Source of the DNA: the human T2T-CHM13v2.0 reference genome, Homo sapiens
Direction: 5' to 3' (one strand)
DNA: 64,000 nt
Assembly: GCF_009914755.1 (NCBI RefSeq)
Contig: NC_060939.1
Every line of letters starts with the position of its first letter. The first letter of the stretch is position 1. A program made the position numbers and the translations under genes. This document shows positions 14,673 to 28,978 of the stretch, one piece after another. Below the pieces are notes generated by a model. That model saw only the letters and a list, made by a program, of their open reading frames with translations, ran no database searches and was not told the DNA's origin.

Positions 14673-14722
14673 TCAGATTGGTGCAAAAGTAATTGCAGTT
14701 TGGCCATTACTTTTAATGGCAA
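14673..14722. mobile_element. Partial MADE1 (Hsmar1-derived MITE), right arm lost
   Basis: TA+TCAGATTGGTGCAAAAGTAATTGC..GCCATTACTTTTAATGGCAA. Confidence 0.85.
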
Positions 14723-15589
14723 TAGTCTAGGTACCCTAAAAGATGGATTGTGTATGAGTCAGACTCCCGGGCCTGGAGCCAGAAGGGGATGAAACTTGCA
14801 TCCCAGTGGGGAGGGCACATTCCTGGACAGGGCACAGGGAGTGTCTGGTGTGTGGTCTACAGAGCCTGGATTAGATGGCTGACCATTGCTTCAGAGCCCT
14901 AAGGGAATACAGGGATGCAGCCATCACCAAAGCCATTCACAGTCTCCATCAGTGGAGTCATTGAACTTCTGTGCAGCCCTCCACAGTTCCCACAACTTTT
15001 TAAACCTACAAGTAAGTGGGCACAAGGGAGTTAAACAGCTCCTCTTGCCCTTCTCCAGACAGCAGTCTCAGCCTGCCATGGACACACGCAATTTTCAATC
15101 ATTCTGGGCGGCCAGGGAAATGTCTCATAGGGGAAGAGGAGAAACAGGACCCAAGTGAAGGGTTTCTAGTGTCAGGAAAGAACTATCTAAGGGCATTTAG
15201 TCCAGGAGAAACTTCTTGTCTCACCTAGAGCCAAAATCATCTGGCTGCTTGCCCCTTCCCTTCACCACCCTTTTATAGTGGCAGCATTTGAGGAATATTT
15301 GCCTTGGAGGAGATCCAGTTATCCAGAATTTTCTGTCTGGCTTAAATGTTAGTGACAGCAAGTGATTGAAAAAATAACAAGAGGGGGAATTTGTAATTGA
15401 TCCACAGATGAACTCAGGAAATCCTCTAGCACTCTAAAATTACCTGTCTTATGAGCGTTTTCCTGGGGTGGGGGGTCTACTTCCTTCATGAACATTTTAA
15501 GAGATTTGCAACCCAAAGATGATTTTTAAAAAACGTTCGAAGATGGATTAAAACTGTTAGAAAGGTGGCAAGAGAATTCTGACTTAGAG

Positions 15590-15860
15590 GGTCAGGGAGG
15601 GTTTCACAGAGGTAATGACATTGGACTCAGCCTTGAAGGGAGATGGAGTTCTCCAAAAGGAGGAGGAGGAGGATTCTAGCACTGGGGTCTCATGTACACA
15701 AATTCAGAGTTCTGGAAAAGCACGATGTGATATCCCTGTAGCCCAGAGAGAAGGAAGGCTGGAGCAGAGGGTGCTGGGAGAAATGTACCTAGAAAGGTAG
15801 GCTGGGGTCCTATCACTGGGGCATGTCCTTGGATGAACATGAAGGGGTTTGGGCTTTAAC
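15590..15860 (-). mobile_element. L2 remnant
   Basis: TCAGGGA.GGTTTCACAGAGG..GACATT..CCTTGAAGG. Confidence 0.55.
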
Positions 15861-16854
15861 CTCAAGTCAAGTCTCCAGATGCTAACTCCTTTCTGTGTCC
15901 ATTGCATCAGGGTTATCTTTTGAACAAGGTCATTACTAGCTCAGAGCGGGGGCAGTGGGACATCACTTGAGTCCAATTGTCATGGCGGTAAAGCAACTCA
16001 GAGGGCTCCGTGTGATAAAGTAGAGGCCCCCATCTCAAATACACGGCTTGGCTACCTATTCTTGGCTAGCTACACTTAGGACTTCTCTAGGACTTCCTAC
16101 CACTCTTGGTCCCTGGCCTTTCTGGACCAATTTCCATGCAAAGTTATTCTGTTCTCACTAGTTACTGGGGAATAATTTGTTTTCCAGGGAAGGGTTTCAG
16201 GTTTTGACTCTGGCCAACTGGGAGCTTTCAACTCACTTTAAGAGTAGTATGTAGTGCAAATGACAGGGACAGATCATGGATATGAAGATGTCATTATGCT
16301 CTTCTAACAGCATTATTTAGCTATTCTATGCTGTGATGCCTATGAGATACCCAAACTTTAAGTTGCAGAGTAGAGCTATCTGCCTGGGAGAGGTGACTTC
16401 ATTCAACCCCAGGCTTCCTTGGCATCACTGAGAAGCCATAGCACTTAGGCCCCTCAATGTGATAATAGAATAATGATAAATGCTCATTCAAGGAAAGGTC
16501 CTGGTTTTAGAAGTACTGCCTCTCAAGTTTTGCCATGAAGAAACTGCTAAGATCCTGTCTTGGGATGAGGGTGAGACCTTCAGGCTTAAGTGATGATTGC
16601 AAATAGGGAGCTCCCTGCCCTGTCTGTCTACTGCTTCTCACCCAATCTGCTCCTTCAGATCTACTGAGGTATTAAGGACTTTCATTTCTTTCTTGAGTGG
16701 TGAAATGGTCCTCCTACCTCCCCCCTGGGGAAGGGAGAAATTGAGGGGAGCTAAAGAGACAGAAGGTCCTTGTCCTCCAGGCCCTGGCTATCTGTATTAC
16801 CAAGTCCAACAGAATGAGGAGTGCTAGTTGAATAAAATGAGTAGTTAACAACTA

Positions 16855-17085
16855 CTAGTACACAGGAGGCAGACAGTGTGCTGAGTGTGTGGATTATTAG
16901 GGGGATTATCTGACTGAATCCTCCCAACAGTCTTGTGGAGTAGGTACTACAAGTGTCGCACTTTATTGATGGGAAAATTGGAAAGGAGGGGCATTAACTT
17001 GCCCAGGGTTTCACAGTCAGAGAAGAGGGGACTCATGATCCAAGGCCAAGCCACTTGGTTTCACAGGGGATGTTCTTAGCCACTA
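16855..17085 (+). mobile_element. MIR fragment
   Basis: AATCCTCCCAACA..GTAGGTACTA..TAACTTGCCCAGGGT. Confidence 0.6.
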
Positions 17086-18469
17086 TGCAGTTTCCTTTTG
17101 CCACGATCCATTGCTAGCTGGCTTCAGTCTCCTGGGCATTCTAAACATGGGGCAAGCAGCAGGAAAAAGACTTCTAGGTGGCTGTAATTCCAGATATAAT
17201 GTGGATGTAGAATAGCTGCATCTGAACCATGTTAGTTGATGCAAGGGATACTGGAAGCACAACCCACAGAGAGATGGTCTGGACAAGAACCAGGTGAGGT
17301 GCTAGGCTTCCCACCTTCTGTTCAGGGAGCTTGAGGTACAGAGCTTTCCCAGCAGGTTATTTCCAGATATTGCTCCCTATGGACTGGGGAAGGATGGGGA
17401 GGTGTTGATCCTCCTAGCGTGGACAATACAAGAGATTGGTGAGTGGGACTGGAGCCAATGGAGCCTGGCTTTGTTGAGGTTGTTTTCATCTGGAGCACAG
17501 CTACTTCATCTCTATGCTCATCTTTCTAGAATGTCAAGTAGACCAAGTGCCCACATAGAGATAGGTAACAGTAACAACAACCACCGTCACCGTAGCAGGA
17601 AACTTCAAGGGCTTTCATTTCTTGGCATGGATGGGCTTGGGTGAGCTTCTCCATCCTCTCTGCCCAGATGTGGCCTTGCAGCACACCTGTATGTGGATGT
17701 GTTCTGGCAATTGAGTGAAGGTGGGTCAAGGGAGTATAAACTAATGGAAGAGCCTCACAGCCCAACATGCCCTCTGGGTCTCAACTTACACAGACTACTT
17801 TCGGGAGTGGCCTAAGCCTTGGTTTTTCCTAGTGCCCCCAGCCCTCCATGGGAAGAATCTCATACCTCTTCCTTTCAAATTATGTCTTGGCATCCAATTG
17901 ATTATAAGGGGGTAAATACATTTCTCAAAATTTTCCATTTATAAGGGTTTAAAAGAAGCAATATTATTCCTAAGGAAAGGGGAAATATATCACATATGTT
18001 TTTCTATTCCTCATACATGAAGTGTGCAAAAGATCAGTCCCTGAAAGTGTGTAAATAGATTGAATAATTTACAGCATTAAAAAAACCATTTTCCTTGGGA
18101 AATAGTGATCTACTGAAGATATTGAAGCAGGAAAATAACACGATTTGCTTTCTGAATTCTTATTCAACAACTAAGGTTATCATTCATGCTCTCTGCTTGA
18201 TTGTGATGCCTTAAAGGATAAGGAATGGGGCCTTTGCTTTTGTATCCCTAGCAAGTTAGCAAGCAAGTGCCACAGTGCCACACACTTATTTGCTATTCAA
18301 TACTTTTTGAATGAATGAATGAGTGTGAAGGAGAGTGTTGGCAAATGCAGGCAGGAATGGGATTAGAGTTAGAGGTTATAAGCTGAAAGCTGGAAGTGGA
18401 CAGAGTTAGGGGAAGAGGCCAGAGGAACTCAAACACAAGGCCAGGAGGATCCAATTTAAAGAAATGGAC

Positions 18470-18947
<478 letters not shown>

Positions 18948-19049
18948 GGACTGTGTGGCCGTGGGAAAGGAGAAAAATGGGAGGATGCAGAACATTTTGT
19001 GCAAGCAAGATGGGCACATTTCCATGGTCTTGGAGGGGCCTCTGATGTA

Positions 19050-19252
19050 GAGCAACACTCTCCAATAGGACTTTCTGCAGTGATAGAAATGTATATCTGC
19101 ATTGTCCAATATAGTAGCCACTAGATCTATGCGGCTCTTGAGCATTTGAAATGTGGCTAGAGCAATCAAAGCACGGAATTTTTCATTAAAAAATTTGTAT
19201 TTAAACATAAATAGCCACATGTGGCTAGCAGCTGCCGTATTGGACAGTGAAG
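19050..19252. mobile_element. MER3-type hAT-Charlie MITE
   Basis: TCCAATAGGACTTTCTGCAGTGAT..TAGCCACATGTGGCTAG..TATTGGACAG. Confidence 0.85.
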
Positions 19253-20329
19253 AATACTCTTTAAAATCTCCGAAATACAAGGAAAGATTTTGTGGACCCA
19301 GGAAAATGATGGGGGAGAAATTGGCAGTAAGAGTACTGATATGCCAAATGACAGTTTTGAAGACAAGGATGATAGTAGCAGGAGGTCCCACAGTGAAATC
19401 TCAGGTTTGGGCTGTTCACGTAGGTACAAACTTGGTGGAGAAGAAATAAAATTACAGTATCCAAATACTGTTTCTCGTGTCCTTCACATCTCAGGTGACT
19501 TGCAGCTGGAGTTATTTTTTCATTAGTTTTATAGTTAAAAATGAACTAAAGTATCAGAATTCCTCTTTGTTTCCTTGGCATCCACGCTGGTCCAGGTGAG
19601 GACGTTATCTGTTTTCCCTTCCAACCCTTCATGCAGAAGTACATAGACGAGCTATCACTGGGGAAGCATAATCTGAGCCAGCCAAATCTAGCTGTGTTTT
19701 TCATGATCACTTAACAGCAAATTAACCCAAATTTGCTTTGGAGAGGGGAGGGTTTTATTTTCCTGGCATCATGTACTTGTAATAAAAATGCCCCTTTAAT
19801 AAAAATCAATAACAACTTAAAATACACAATAAATGTTGTAACATTAATAAAACATACTACCCACTAAATCCAGCTTTACTATGTAATGTACACTATTTAC
19901 AACCTGCATTTCAGGCCTGATCATGCTTCCAACCATGAGTGAAATGGCCTAAAACAGCTGTCAGATGGTGTGAAATGAACATAGACACAAGGTAAATAAA
20001 ACTCAAATTAACCCTGAATGTTCTCTCTCAGCAGTGAGACCAGCCCTAGATAACTAAGGATGAATGTATGGCTTGTACCCACATGTACTATATGTCCTTC
20101 CTCCCTCCATCTGTCCCTCTTTCCTTTCCTGCCTCACTCTTTCTATTCTTCCTTCCTACCATGTGCCTGGAATTTGAGGGATACAAAATAAATTGAAGGT
20201 ATCCTTTGCTTTCTAGGAGTTTACAGCATCATTATGGAGATTAAATATTAACTCTATAAATGACGCAGTTCTTCACGATTCCCTGATGCTTAAAGGGTAT
20301 ACATCTCTGATCCATTGTGTGAGCTGCTT

Positions 20330-20970
20330 CCTCTATCTGAATTGCCTTGCGTCTCCTTCTCCACCTAGAAAACCCCTATGTATCCTTCAAGGCCTCAGTT
20401 AGATGTCACGTCCTTTATGAAGACTTCCTTGTGCTCCCAGAGACTGTGATTACATCTTTTGAGCTCCCATAGTATTTTTTCATTCTCCAATGATAGTGAT
20501 GATCACACGCTCTCTATAGTGAGATCCCTTGTCTGCAAGGGAGGCTGGAAAACATAGTTTAGCTGTGTGTCCAGAGGAAGTAAGTTTAGTGTTCACATAG
20601 TCAGTTTGGAGAGCTAGACAGAGCCTCAAATTCGTGTCCAAACACTCTCCTTCTTAATCATGATGGCCAAGCACACCAGCTTTCTGGGTTTTCTTTGCGC
20701 CATGCAAATTTCCTCTTTACGTTTGCTGTTCTCTCTTCCCAGAATCTTTCCCCCTAGGTATCTGTGATCTCTGACCTCACCAGTTACTGCTAGCCCTTAT
20801 GCAGCTTTATTGTCTTTGTAGCACTTAGGACTCACTATAGTTGTATTATCATTTACTTCCACCGAGTTGTATGTTCAGTGAGGGCACTGTGCTCTCAGGC
20901 AGCCCTGTACATCAGCACCTAGAACCTGTCTAACATAGTAGGTGCTCTATGGGTATTTGTTAAATGGACA
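20330..20970 (+). mobile_element. L2 3' remnants (fragmented)
   Basis: TCCTTCAAGGCC..TGTCAC..AAGACTTCCTTG; CAGCACCTAGAAC..CATAGTAGGTGCTC. Confidence 0.55.
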
Positions 20971-21309
20971 AATCCCAATTGAAGGCCAAATTTCAGGTGC
21001 CTTCTAGTCTGGCCCTTCTTGTAGTAAGTCTATGGCCATGCCTGGTTGCATCCTGAGGTCCAATCTCTGGGGCCAGACAGTTCAGGTTCCTTTAGCGGAC
21101 AATCTGACAATCCCATTCTTCTTTGAATTGATGAATCCTAAAGAAGATTCTTTCATCTTCTGGTTTTAAAGAACAGTTGAGATGGGGTGGGGATAAAGCA
21201 GCTGACATGCTAAGGATCAACCCCACCCTACAAACAAACTAAAGGCACAGCAAGGTCTATAAAAACTACCTTTAATGAGCTCTGCCCCAAAATGGTCAAA
21301 TCGAAACTG

Positions 21310-21450
21310 TGGACCCCAGCTATTTTCTAGTTTATGTGACTTTGGGGAATTATTTAATTTTCATGGGCTCAGTTTTCTGTAAAATGGGCACAATAATAGA
21401 GATGGGATCACCTATGTGTGTAAAGCAGTAGGACAATGCCTGACGTAGCA
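21310..21450 (-). mobile_element. MIR fragment
   Basis: TGTGACTTTGGG..TTATTTAA..CTCAGTTT..TGTAAAATGGG. Confidence 0.65.
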
Positions 21451-23069
21451 GGCATACCTGCTTTACAGGTATCAATAGATATCTCTTCACCACTTTCCCT
21501 TTCTCTTCCTCCATTTTATTCTTTTCATCTCTCTTTTTCCTTCTTTTACCTTGTTTTCTGATAGGCTCTTGTATGAATATCTAATAACTTGCTTTTATTT
21601 GCCTCTCTGTCTGTCTCTCAGAACTCACAGACCCTTTTCTACTTACAGGACTCTTACTATGATCCTTGTTTGTCTGCCTTGTCCACTGAACTTTCAGTAT
21701 AGACTAACTTTCCTGAAGAACATAGCAAATTTCTAGTACATGTAGTTAATAGGTTAATAGGTTTCAGGGGACCCGACTTGGCCTATATTTAGAATGCAAT
21801 AATGAATTGTGCTTTAATTGGTTTTCCCTCATTTAGGGGCCATGGGAACATAATTTCCTCAAATTCTCAGTAGGATCTGTGGTTGGGGTAACGATTGAAT
21901 TCTGTTTCAGCCAGACTAAACGTGGAAGGTCCTTCTAGGACAAAACACAGATCTCTGTTCTTTCCCACAAGTGGGGGTGCAGATCCAGTTCCCTACATGC
22001 CTGCTAAAGTACTGAATTCAGTCCCCAGAGAGACTTTTTCAACGGAGTCATTAACAACTGCCTTTGCTACACTCCTTAGGCAGCCCTGACAATGTGGCTC
22101 TTTTGGATATGAAAATACTGGATAGATAGGAAGACCAAAATTTTAAAAATCAAATTAGCTTGGTTTCAATTAATAGTAAAAATGATGACCATATACAGCA
22201 CCCTAGAGAGATGCATACAACGCTATGACACATTCTGAGTTCCGTCAAATGAGTGAAAGGGACAGGAGCATAAGTATTGGCTCTTGTGTGAGCACCTTGA
22301 GGACTGGGCCAATACCTTTTTTTATCTTTGCATTCTGGGGTCTATCATCTAATAGATGCCTGGTAGATATTTATGGAATAAAATGAAAAGTTCCTAGGGC
22401 TTTAAGACTACTTGACGTAAGAATACGGCTTGGATAATATACTTTCTCTATGCGTTAGCTTGATAGGTGTTGAAATCTCTCCTTTTGTGTGTATGTACCT
22501 AGATTTTATTTGAGGAAAATGAAGAGGCAGGAGGGTTAAGGAGAAGAGAACTCATTATTTTGTTTTGTTTTGTTTTGAATACATACTACAAACCAGCCCA
22601 CTTTACTAGGCACCTTTGCAAACATTGCTATTGTTATTCTCATTTACAGATGTGAAAAACTAGAACCAGCGAGGTTAAGAAACATGTCCAAGTTCATACG
22701 ACTGAGGCAGTATTGAGACTATGGTCACTTCCCTCTAAAATTGGTGCTTCTTCACCAAAATCATAATAGGCCAAGGTGGGGGCAGCAGGAAATGAGGGAT
22801 AAATGGGGTACCACCTACTCAGATTTTGTATGTCAACTGGCCTGAAGATTTTGAAGACCCTTTCAGGGCTGTTGTAAAATGAGCTGTCATCTCTGCATGC
22901 TCTACCTTCTCCTGGCAGCCTCGGTGATTCATATTTTAGATTTATCTCATGGATAACCTAAGTTGCAGGTGAACTTGAACTGTGTGAATTCCCACGGAGA
23001 GCTGTGATAATACAGGTAAGGAATGGGCCTGGCAATTGTCACATTCGAACTTAAAGATCCAGGTCTTAG

Positions 23070-23384
<315 letters not shown>

Positions 23385-24013
23385 AATACATTTCTTAATA
23401 TGCAGGATTCTGTTGTGGTGAAGGGATGAGAAGTTTCAATCCTTACCACCCGCCTACCCCCTGCCCAACTTAGGCAATTGCTCAGAGGCAGTGATGATGA
23501 TAAATGGAAGACAAATTCTAGTTGCTTGTAGCCTTGGGCTTGCTTTGCTTTAACTCCCCAGAAAGTTTGAGAATAGAGTGCCCCTTTTTGTTCTCTTGAG
23601 TTTCTTTAAACCTCTCAGGCAGAGGTTCTTGACAATCTGAGCCACAGGAACTCATGTAACCTGCAATGATTGCTCTACTCACGGCCCGCTATGGGCCATT
23701 AGGGTAACACCAGGCCCTCACTGTACATTGTCTTCTGGGGTCTGAAAGTTGGTTCTTTTAGAGTGGTGAGTGTCTTTTAGAAGAGGCAGTGTGGCTTTGA
23801 GGAAGCACATGGATTTTGGAGTCATTCAGACCTGGGTTTGAATCAAATCTAGATCATGTTTCATAATGACCTGAGATTTCTGGGTGATTCCTCATCTGGG
23901 AAACAGGGGACATGAGTCCTTCCCAGCAGAGTGGGGATGTCAGGAATCATATACGGAAAATCACATGATCATTCCTGAAGGCTAGTAGCCCAGGCTTTGG
24001 GGTCTGATGGACC

Positions 24014-24314
<301 letters not shown>

Positions 24315-24783
24315 GATGGAGCTTTATCAAATCCTACGTCTGTTATTAACGAGCTGTGGAAGTTTGAATAAATATCTAAACCTTTCTGACTCTCAAATTT
24401 CTTATGGGTAATTTAGAGATAGAAATAACTGTCTTTCAGGGTGAATGTGAGAAAATGAAATAATGTATGGGAGGGGTTAGCATAGAATTTGGTACACAAA
24501 GGGTAGTCAGTAAGTGCTAATTCATTAAATTATTCATGTCATCATTATTTCTCTTGCAAGAATTGTTAAGGTTATCCAAGCTATGGTGATGCTGTGGTAC
24601 CATGGTACCCTGTCAGCCTCCTCAGGAGGGAGGATTGCATTCCCCTGCTGCCAGGGCTATGGGCTACTGGTGGCTCATAGCTGAGTCCTGCTGCCCTCTG
24701 CCCGAGGTTACACACCCTCCCTGAGGCAGGCTGTCACCAATGACCTGTCCATAGAGAGATACAAAAGCCCAGCCTCATTGTCT

Positions 24784-25543
24784 TGTAACTGCAGCAGACC
24801 AATCTGATTCAACTTTTACGTAACAAAGTTGTGAGTTGTTTTTTCGTTGCCATAGACCCCCTAGGTTGAAGGTCACGTAACCGAAGCATGCTTCGATGGA
24901 CCAAGTGTGCAACCAGAAGCAGAACCTAAATGCTCAGCCTGAGGAATAGGGACTGAATTAAGAAGTGGACACTGCATGGCAGGATCCAGGATCCAGTCAG
25001 ATTGAGCCCTGGCATCACCCCATGGCAGGAACCAGTCAGATAGTGCTTTCTGGTATCACGTCATTGCAAGATCCAATCAGATGAAGACTCATTAATGTAT
25101 GCCTATAAAACCTGCCCCTGGCTGCGTGTGGTGGCTCATGCTTGTAATCCCAGCACTTCAGCAGGCTGAGGCAGGAGGATCACCTGAGGTCAGGAGTTCG
25201 AGACCAGCCTGGGCAACATGGTGAAACTCCATGTCTACTAAAAATACAAAAATTATCTGGACATGGTGGCACGAGCCTGTAATCCCAGCTACTCAGTAGG
25301 CTGAGGCAGGAGAATTGCTTGAACCCGGGAGGCAGAGATCGTGCCACTGCATTCTAGCCTGGGTGATAGAGCAAGACTTGGTCACAAACAAACAACCTGC
25401 CCCAGCCCCCAGCTCAGGAAACAGATTTGAGTATTTTCTCCTGTCTCTTTGCCAGTTGACTTGCGATAAACCTTTCTCACTGCAAGCAAGTATTTGACTT
25501 TCCATCATATGTGGAAAAATGGACCTGGTTTGGTTTGGTAACA
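24784..25543 (+). mobile_element. Nested solo LTR (LTR47-like; subfamily uncertain)
   Basis: TGTAAC..GGTAACA termini, CCA(A/G)TCAGAT x3, GCCTATAAAA. Confidence 0.7.
25120..25393 (+). mobile_element. AluS inside the nested LTR
   Basis: TSD AACCTGCCCC at 25109 and 25394. Confidence 0.93.
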
Positions 25544-26191
25544 ATCCCATTGGAACAACTCTGCAGGGTCCTCCCAGCTCCAGAGCTCTCTGTGGCATGG
25601 GTTGAGGCATCTGTTGCAACTTCAGTGTCCTCATCTGTTGGAACTCAACTCCTTGCTTTGCATGGCTTCTTCCCTCACACCTCATAGATGCAGCCTGCCT
25701 CCTCACTCCTCACAGGTGCTGTTTTTGAGAATACCCTCCTATAAATTTCTTGCATGAAAATTTCAGAACCTTAGTCTGTCCCACAGATTTATCCCATTCA
25801 GTATGTGAATCATTTTCACAACTGAATAGCCAAGCCCCAAAACCCTCATGAGACAGATAATGCTCTCTACCTTCTATAATTCCCAAACTCCTTTCCCAAC
25901 ATTCTAATAATTAGAAAGTTCTTAAAAATTGTATCCAACATTTATGTAGCTCTTTATGTATTCTTTCCAAAGCATTTCTGTATATCTTATTTCTCCTGAG
26001 TACCATCAAATCTTGCTGAAGCAAATCTTATTAATATTCCCATTTTACAGAAGAGCAACTCCATGAGCATAAAAGCCTATAAGCAACTTTCCCAAGATTA
26101 CTTAAGGAATTGCCATTAGAGGCTTATAAACCAGACTGGCCCACAGATCATTTTTTTGTGTGTGTGTCTAATGCATCTTTTTAAAAATTGA

Positions 26192-26501
<310 letters not shown>

Positions 26502-26515
26502 AAAAATTGGGATGA

Positions 26516-26847
26516 TGTCTTAGTCCATTTTGTGCTGCTATATTAGAATACCTGAGACTGGGTAATTTATAAAAAACAAATTTATTTCTCATAGTTTTGG
26601 AGTCTGGGAAGTCCAAGATCAAGGTGCTGACATCTAGCGAGGCCTTCCTGCTGCATTCTCACATGGTGGAAGGAAGAAGGGGTGAATCCACTCTTGCAAG
26701 CCCTTTTTATAATGGCACCAATCGACTCATGAAGGCAGAACCCTCATGACCTAAACACCTCTCAGTCGTCCCCACCTCTTAATACAGTTACAATGGCAAC
26801 GAAACTCCAACATGAGTTTTGGAGGGACAGACTTTCAAACTATAGCA
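26516..26847 (-). mobile_element. MST-type MaLR solo LTR
   Basis: TGTCTTAGTCCATTT..GGGAAGTCCAAGATCAAGG..CAAACTATAGCA; perfect 5-bp TSD GATGA. Confidence 0.9.
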
Positions 26848-26989
26848 GATGACTTTAGTTTTCTTCATCATGCCATTGCTACCATCATTCTTTATCCTTT
26901 TAATGAATTACTCTATACATTTCTGTCACCTGTCTGACCTTGGGAAGCAATTTGAATTCAGGACATTTCACTTAAAAATGGTGGAAACA

Positions 26990-27306
26990 GGCTGGGCGCA
27001 GTGGCTCACGCCTGTAATCCCAGCACTTTGGGAGGCTGAAGCGAGTGGATCATGAGGTCAGGAGTTCCAGATCAGCCTGGCCAACATGGTAAAACCCTGT
27101 CTCTACTAAAAATACAAAAATTAGCCAGGTATGGTGGTGGGCGCCTATAATCCCAGCTACTCAGGAGGCTGAGGCAGGGGAATTGCTTGAACCTGGGAGG
27201 CAGAGGTTGCAGTGAGCCAAGATCACGCCACTGCTCTCCACACTCCAGCCTGGGCGATGGAGTCAGACTCCATTTCGAGAAAAAAACAAACAAACAAAAA
27301 AAACAA
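26990..27306 (+). mobile_element. AluS
   Basis: TSD GGTGGAAACA. Confidence 0.95.
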
Positions 27307-28030
27307 GGTGGAAACAAGATTCAACCTCAGACATTGTAACTTTGGAGCTCACGTGCTTTCTAGTACACCAAGCCATCTGTGTTTCTTCTTCCTATATATG
27401 TCCTATTTCTGGGTCATACAACAAAAATACAAAAACCTTGCATGTGGCAACTTTTTAATTATCCCAAGTCCCTACCCTCTGAGAATTTTTTCCCCAAGTG
27501 AAGATGCCCAACCCCTGTATCATTTCTCATGGAATATGGCTATAGGTTTGCGTTTTACACTGGGCTCGCTTACCTGGAGAAACTCCAGTTTGGTAATAAC
27601 ACTCTTACAAATGGCCTTAGAACTTGTTAGGATAGTCCAGATGTGATCTGATCAGTGCAGAGTAGTTTAACTGAAGCTCAGCCACCTCTAAATCACCACA
27701 ATCCATGTTTAATGTCTGGTCACATAACTTCACAAACCTCTAAAGTGTTTAAGTATTCCACTCAACCAGGAGACATGAGATGTATGTGACTGTCTCTCTT
27801 CTTTATTATCTGTCTTAAAGTTTATGTGTGCAAATGTCTGGTTATGAGTTAACAATACAGGAAGAATCAATACCAGACTCTGAAAAAGAGCACTCCAACA
27901 TGTCTATAAAAGTGAAATTAGCATCATAAAACAATTATGGATTCAAGTTTTATTTTTTTCTGTTTTCTTTTCCTTGACTTCACAAGGGGTGTGGTTATCT
28001 CTGTGCTCCTAAATTAGAATTTCAATGTTT

Positions 28031-28978
28031 TGTAGGAATGAAAATGTCCTCAACCATCATAAGGGTCATAGCTGACACTCCTATAAAAAAAGACACATTA
28101 ACAAAATTAAAAGATGACAAATTTATTTAATCAAAGTTTTACGTGACACAGGAGCCTTCAGAAATAAAGGCCTACAGATCAGTTTCTATGCTTAACCTTG
28201 ATGAAGGATGGACAGTGGTGTAGAAATGTGATTGGACAAAAGGGTGTGGTGAAGTGCTAATAGACTGAGGGCAGACACCCAGCAAGCCCTGTCCATTCAG
28301 ATTCTTTTTTTTTTTTGAATGTTATCATTGCTTTTTAATTCAAACTAATATTAGACACAGAAAAAATAGTACAAACAGTTCCCATATACCCCTTACCCAG
28401 TTTCCCTTTATGTTAACATCTTTTTTTAAAAAAAATTATTACTATACTTTAAGTTTTAGGGTACATGTGCACAATGTGCAGGTTAGTTACATATGTATAC
28501 ATGTGCCATGTTGGTGTGCTGCACCCATTAACTCATCATTTAGCATTAGGTATATCTCCTAATGCTATCCCTCCCCTCTCCCTCCACCCCACAACAGTCC
28601 CCAGAGTGTGATGTTCCCCTTCCTGTGTCCATGTGTTCTCATTCAGATTCTTCTTGGCCTCTTTGCATAGCCTTCCTTCCTCCTGGATATGGAGTAAGGA
28701 CCCCTCTGGAGTGAGAGTCTTCAGGAAAAAAGGGAGAAGGGAGAGAGTGACCTTTCTAGGTTTTATGGCTTAGTTTGAGGGAGAGTTCTAGTTTCTACAA
28801 CCCATCTTGGGAAAGAGGAATTCTTGTTTCTATGGCTCACTTCAGAGGAGAAAAAAGAGGCGAGAAACAGAAAGGCAGGAGGTGGTCAGAGAGACCTTGC
28901 CTCTGAGGCCTCATCCCCTTTAGTTCAAAGTACTCAGCATGCAACGGGCCATACTTTGGGGTATTGTGTTCTGAGCAC
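28031..28978 (-). mobile_element. MER4-group ERV1 solo LTR (same family as 38721-39280), interrupted by an L1
   Basis: Reverse-complement similarity to 38721-39280 (GGCCTCAGA, CTCTCTGACC, TCAGTCTATTAGCA, TTTTGTCCA). Confidence 0.7.
28307..28643 (-). mobile_element. 5'-truncated young L1 (L1PA3/4-like) carrying a ~104-bp 3' transduction
   Basis: 13-bp TSD CATTCAGATTCTT (28294-28306, 28640-28652) encloses L1 3'UTR, extra segment and second poly-A. Confidence 0.9.

Larger units (their letters stand above)
24594..25780 (+). mobile_element. LTR16-like ERVL LTR (outer element of a three-level nest)
   Basis: GGCTCATAGCTGAGTCC..CCAATGAC before and GAACAACTCTGCAGGG..CCCAGCTCCAGAGCTC after the nested LTR. 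Confidence 0.6.
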
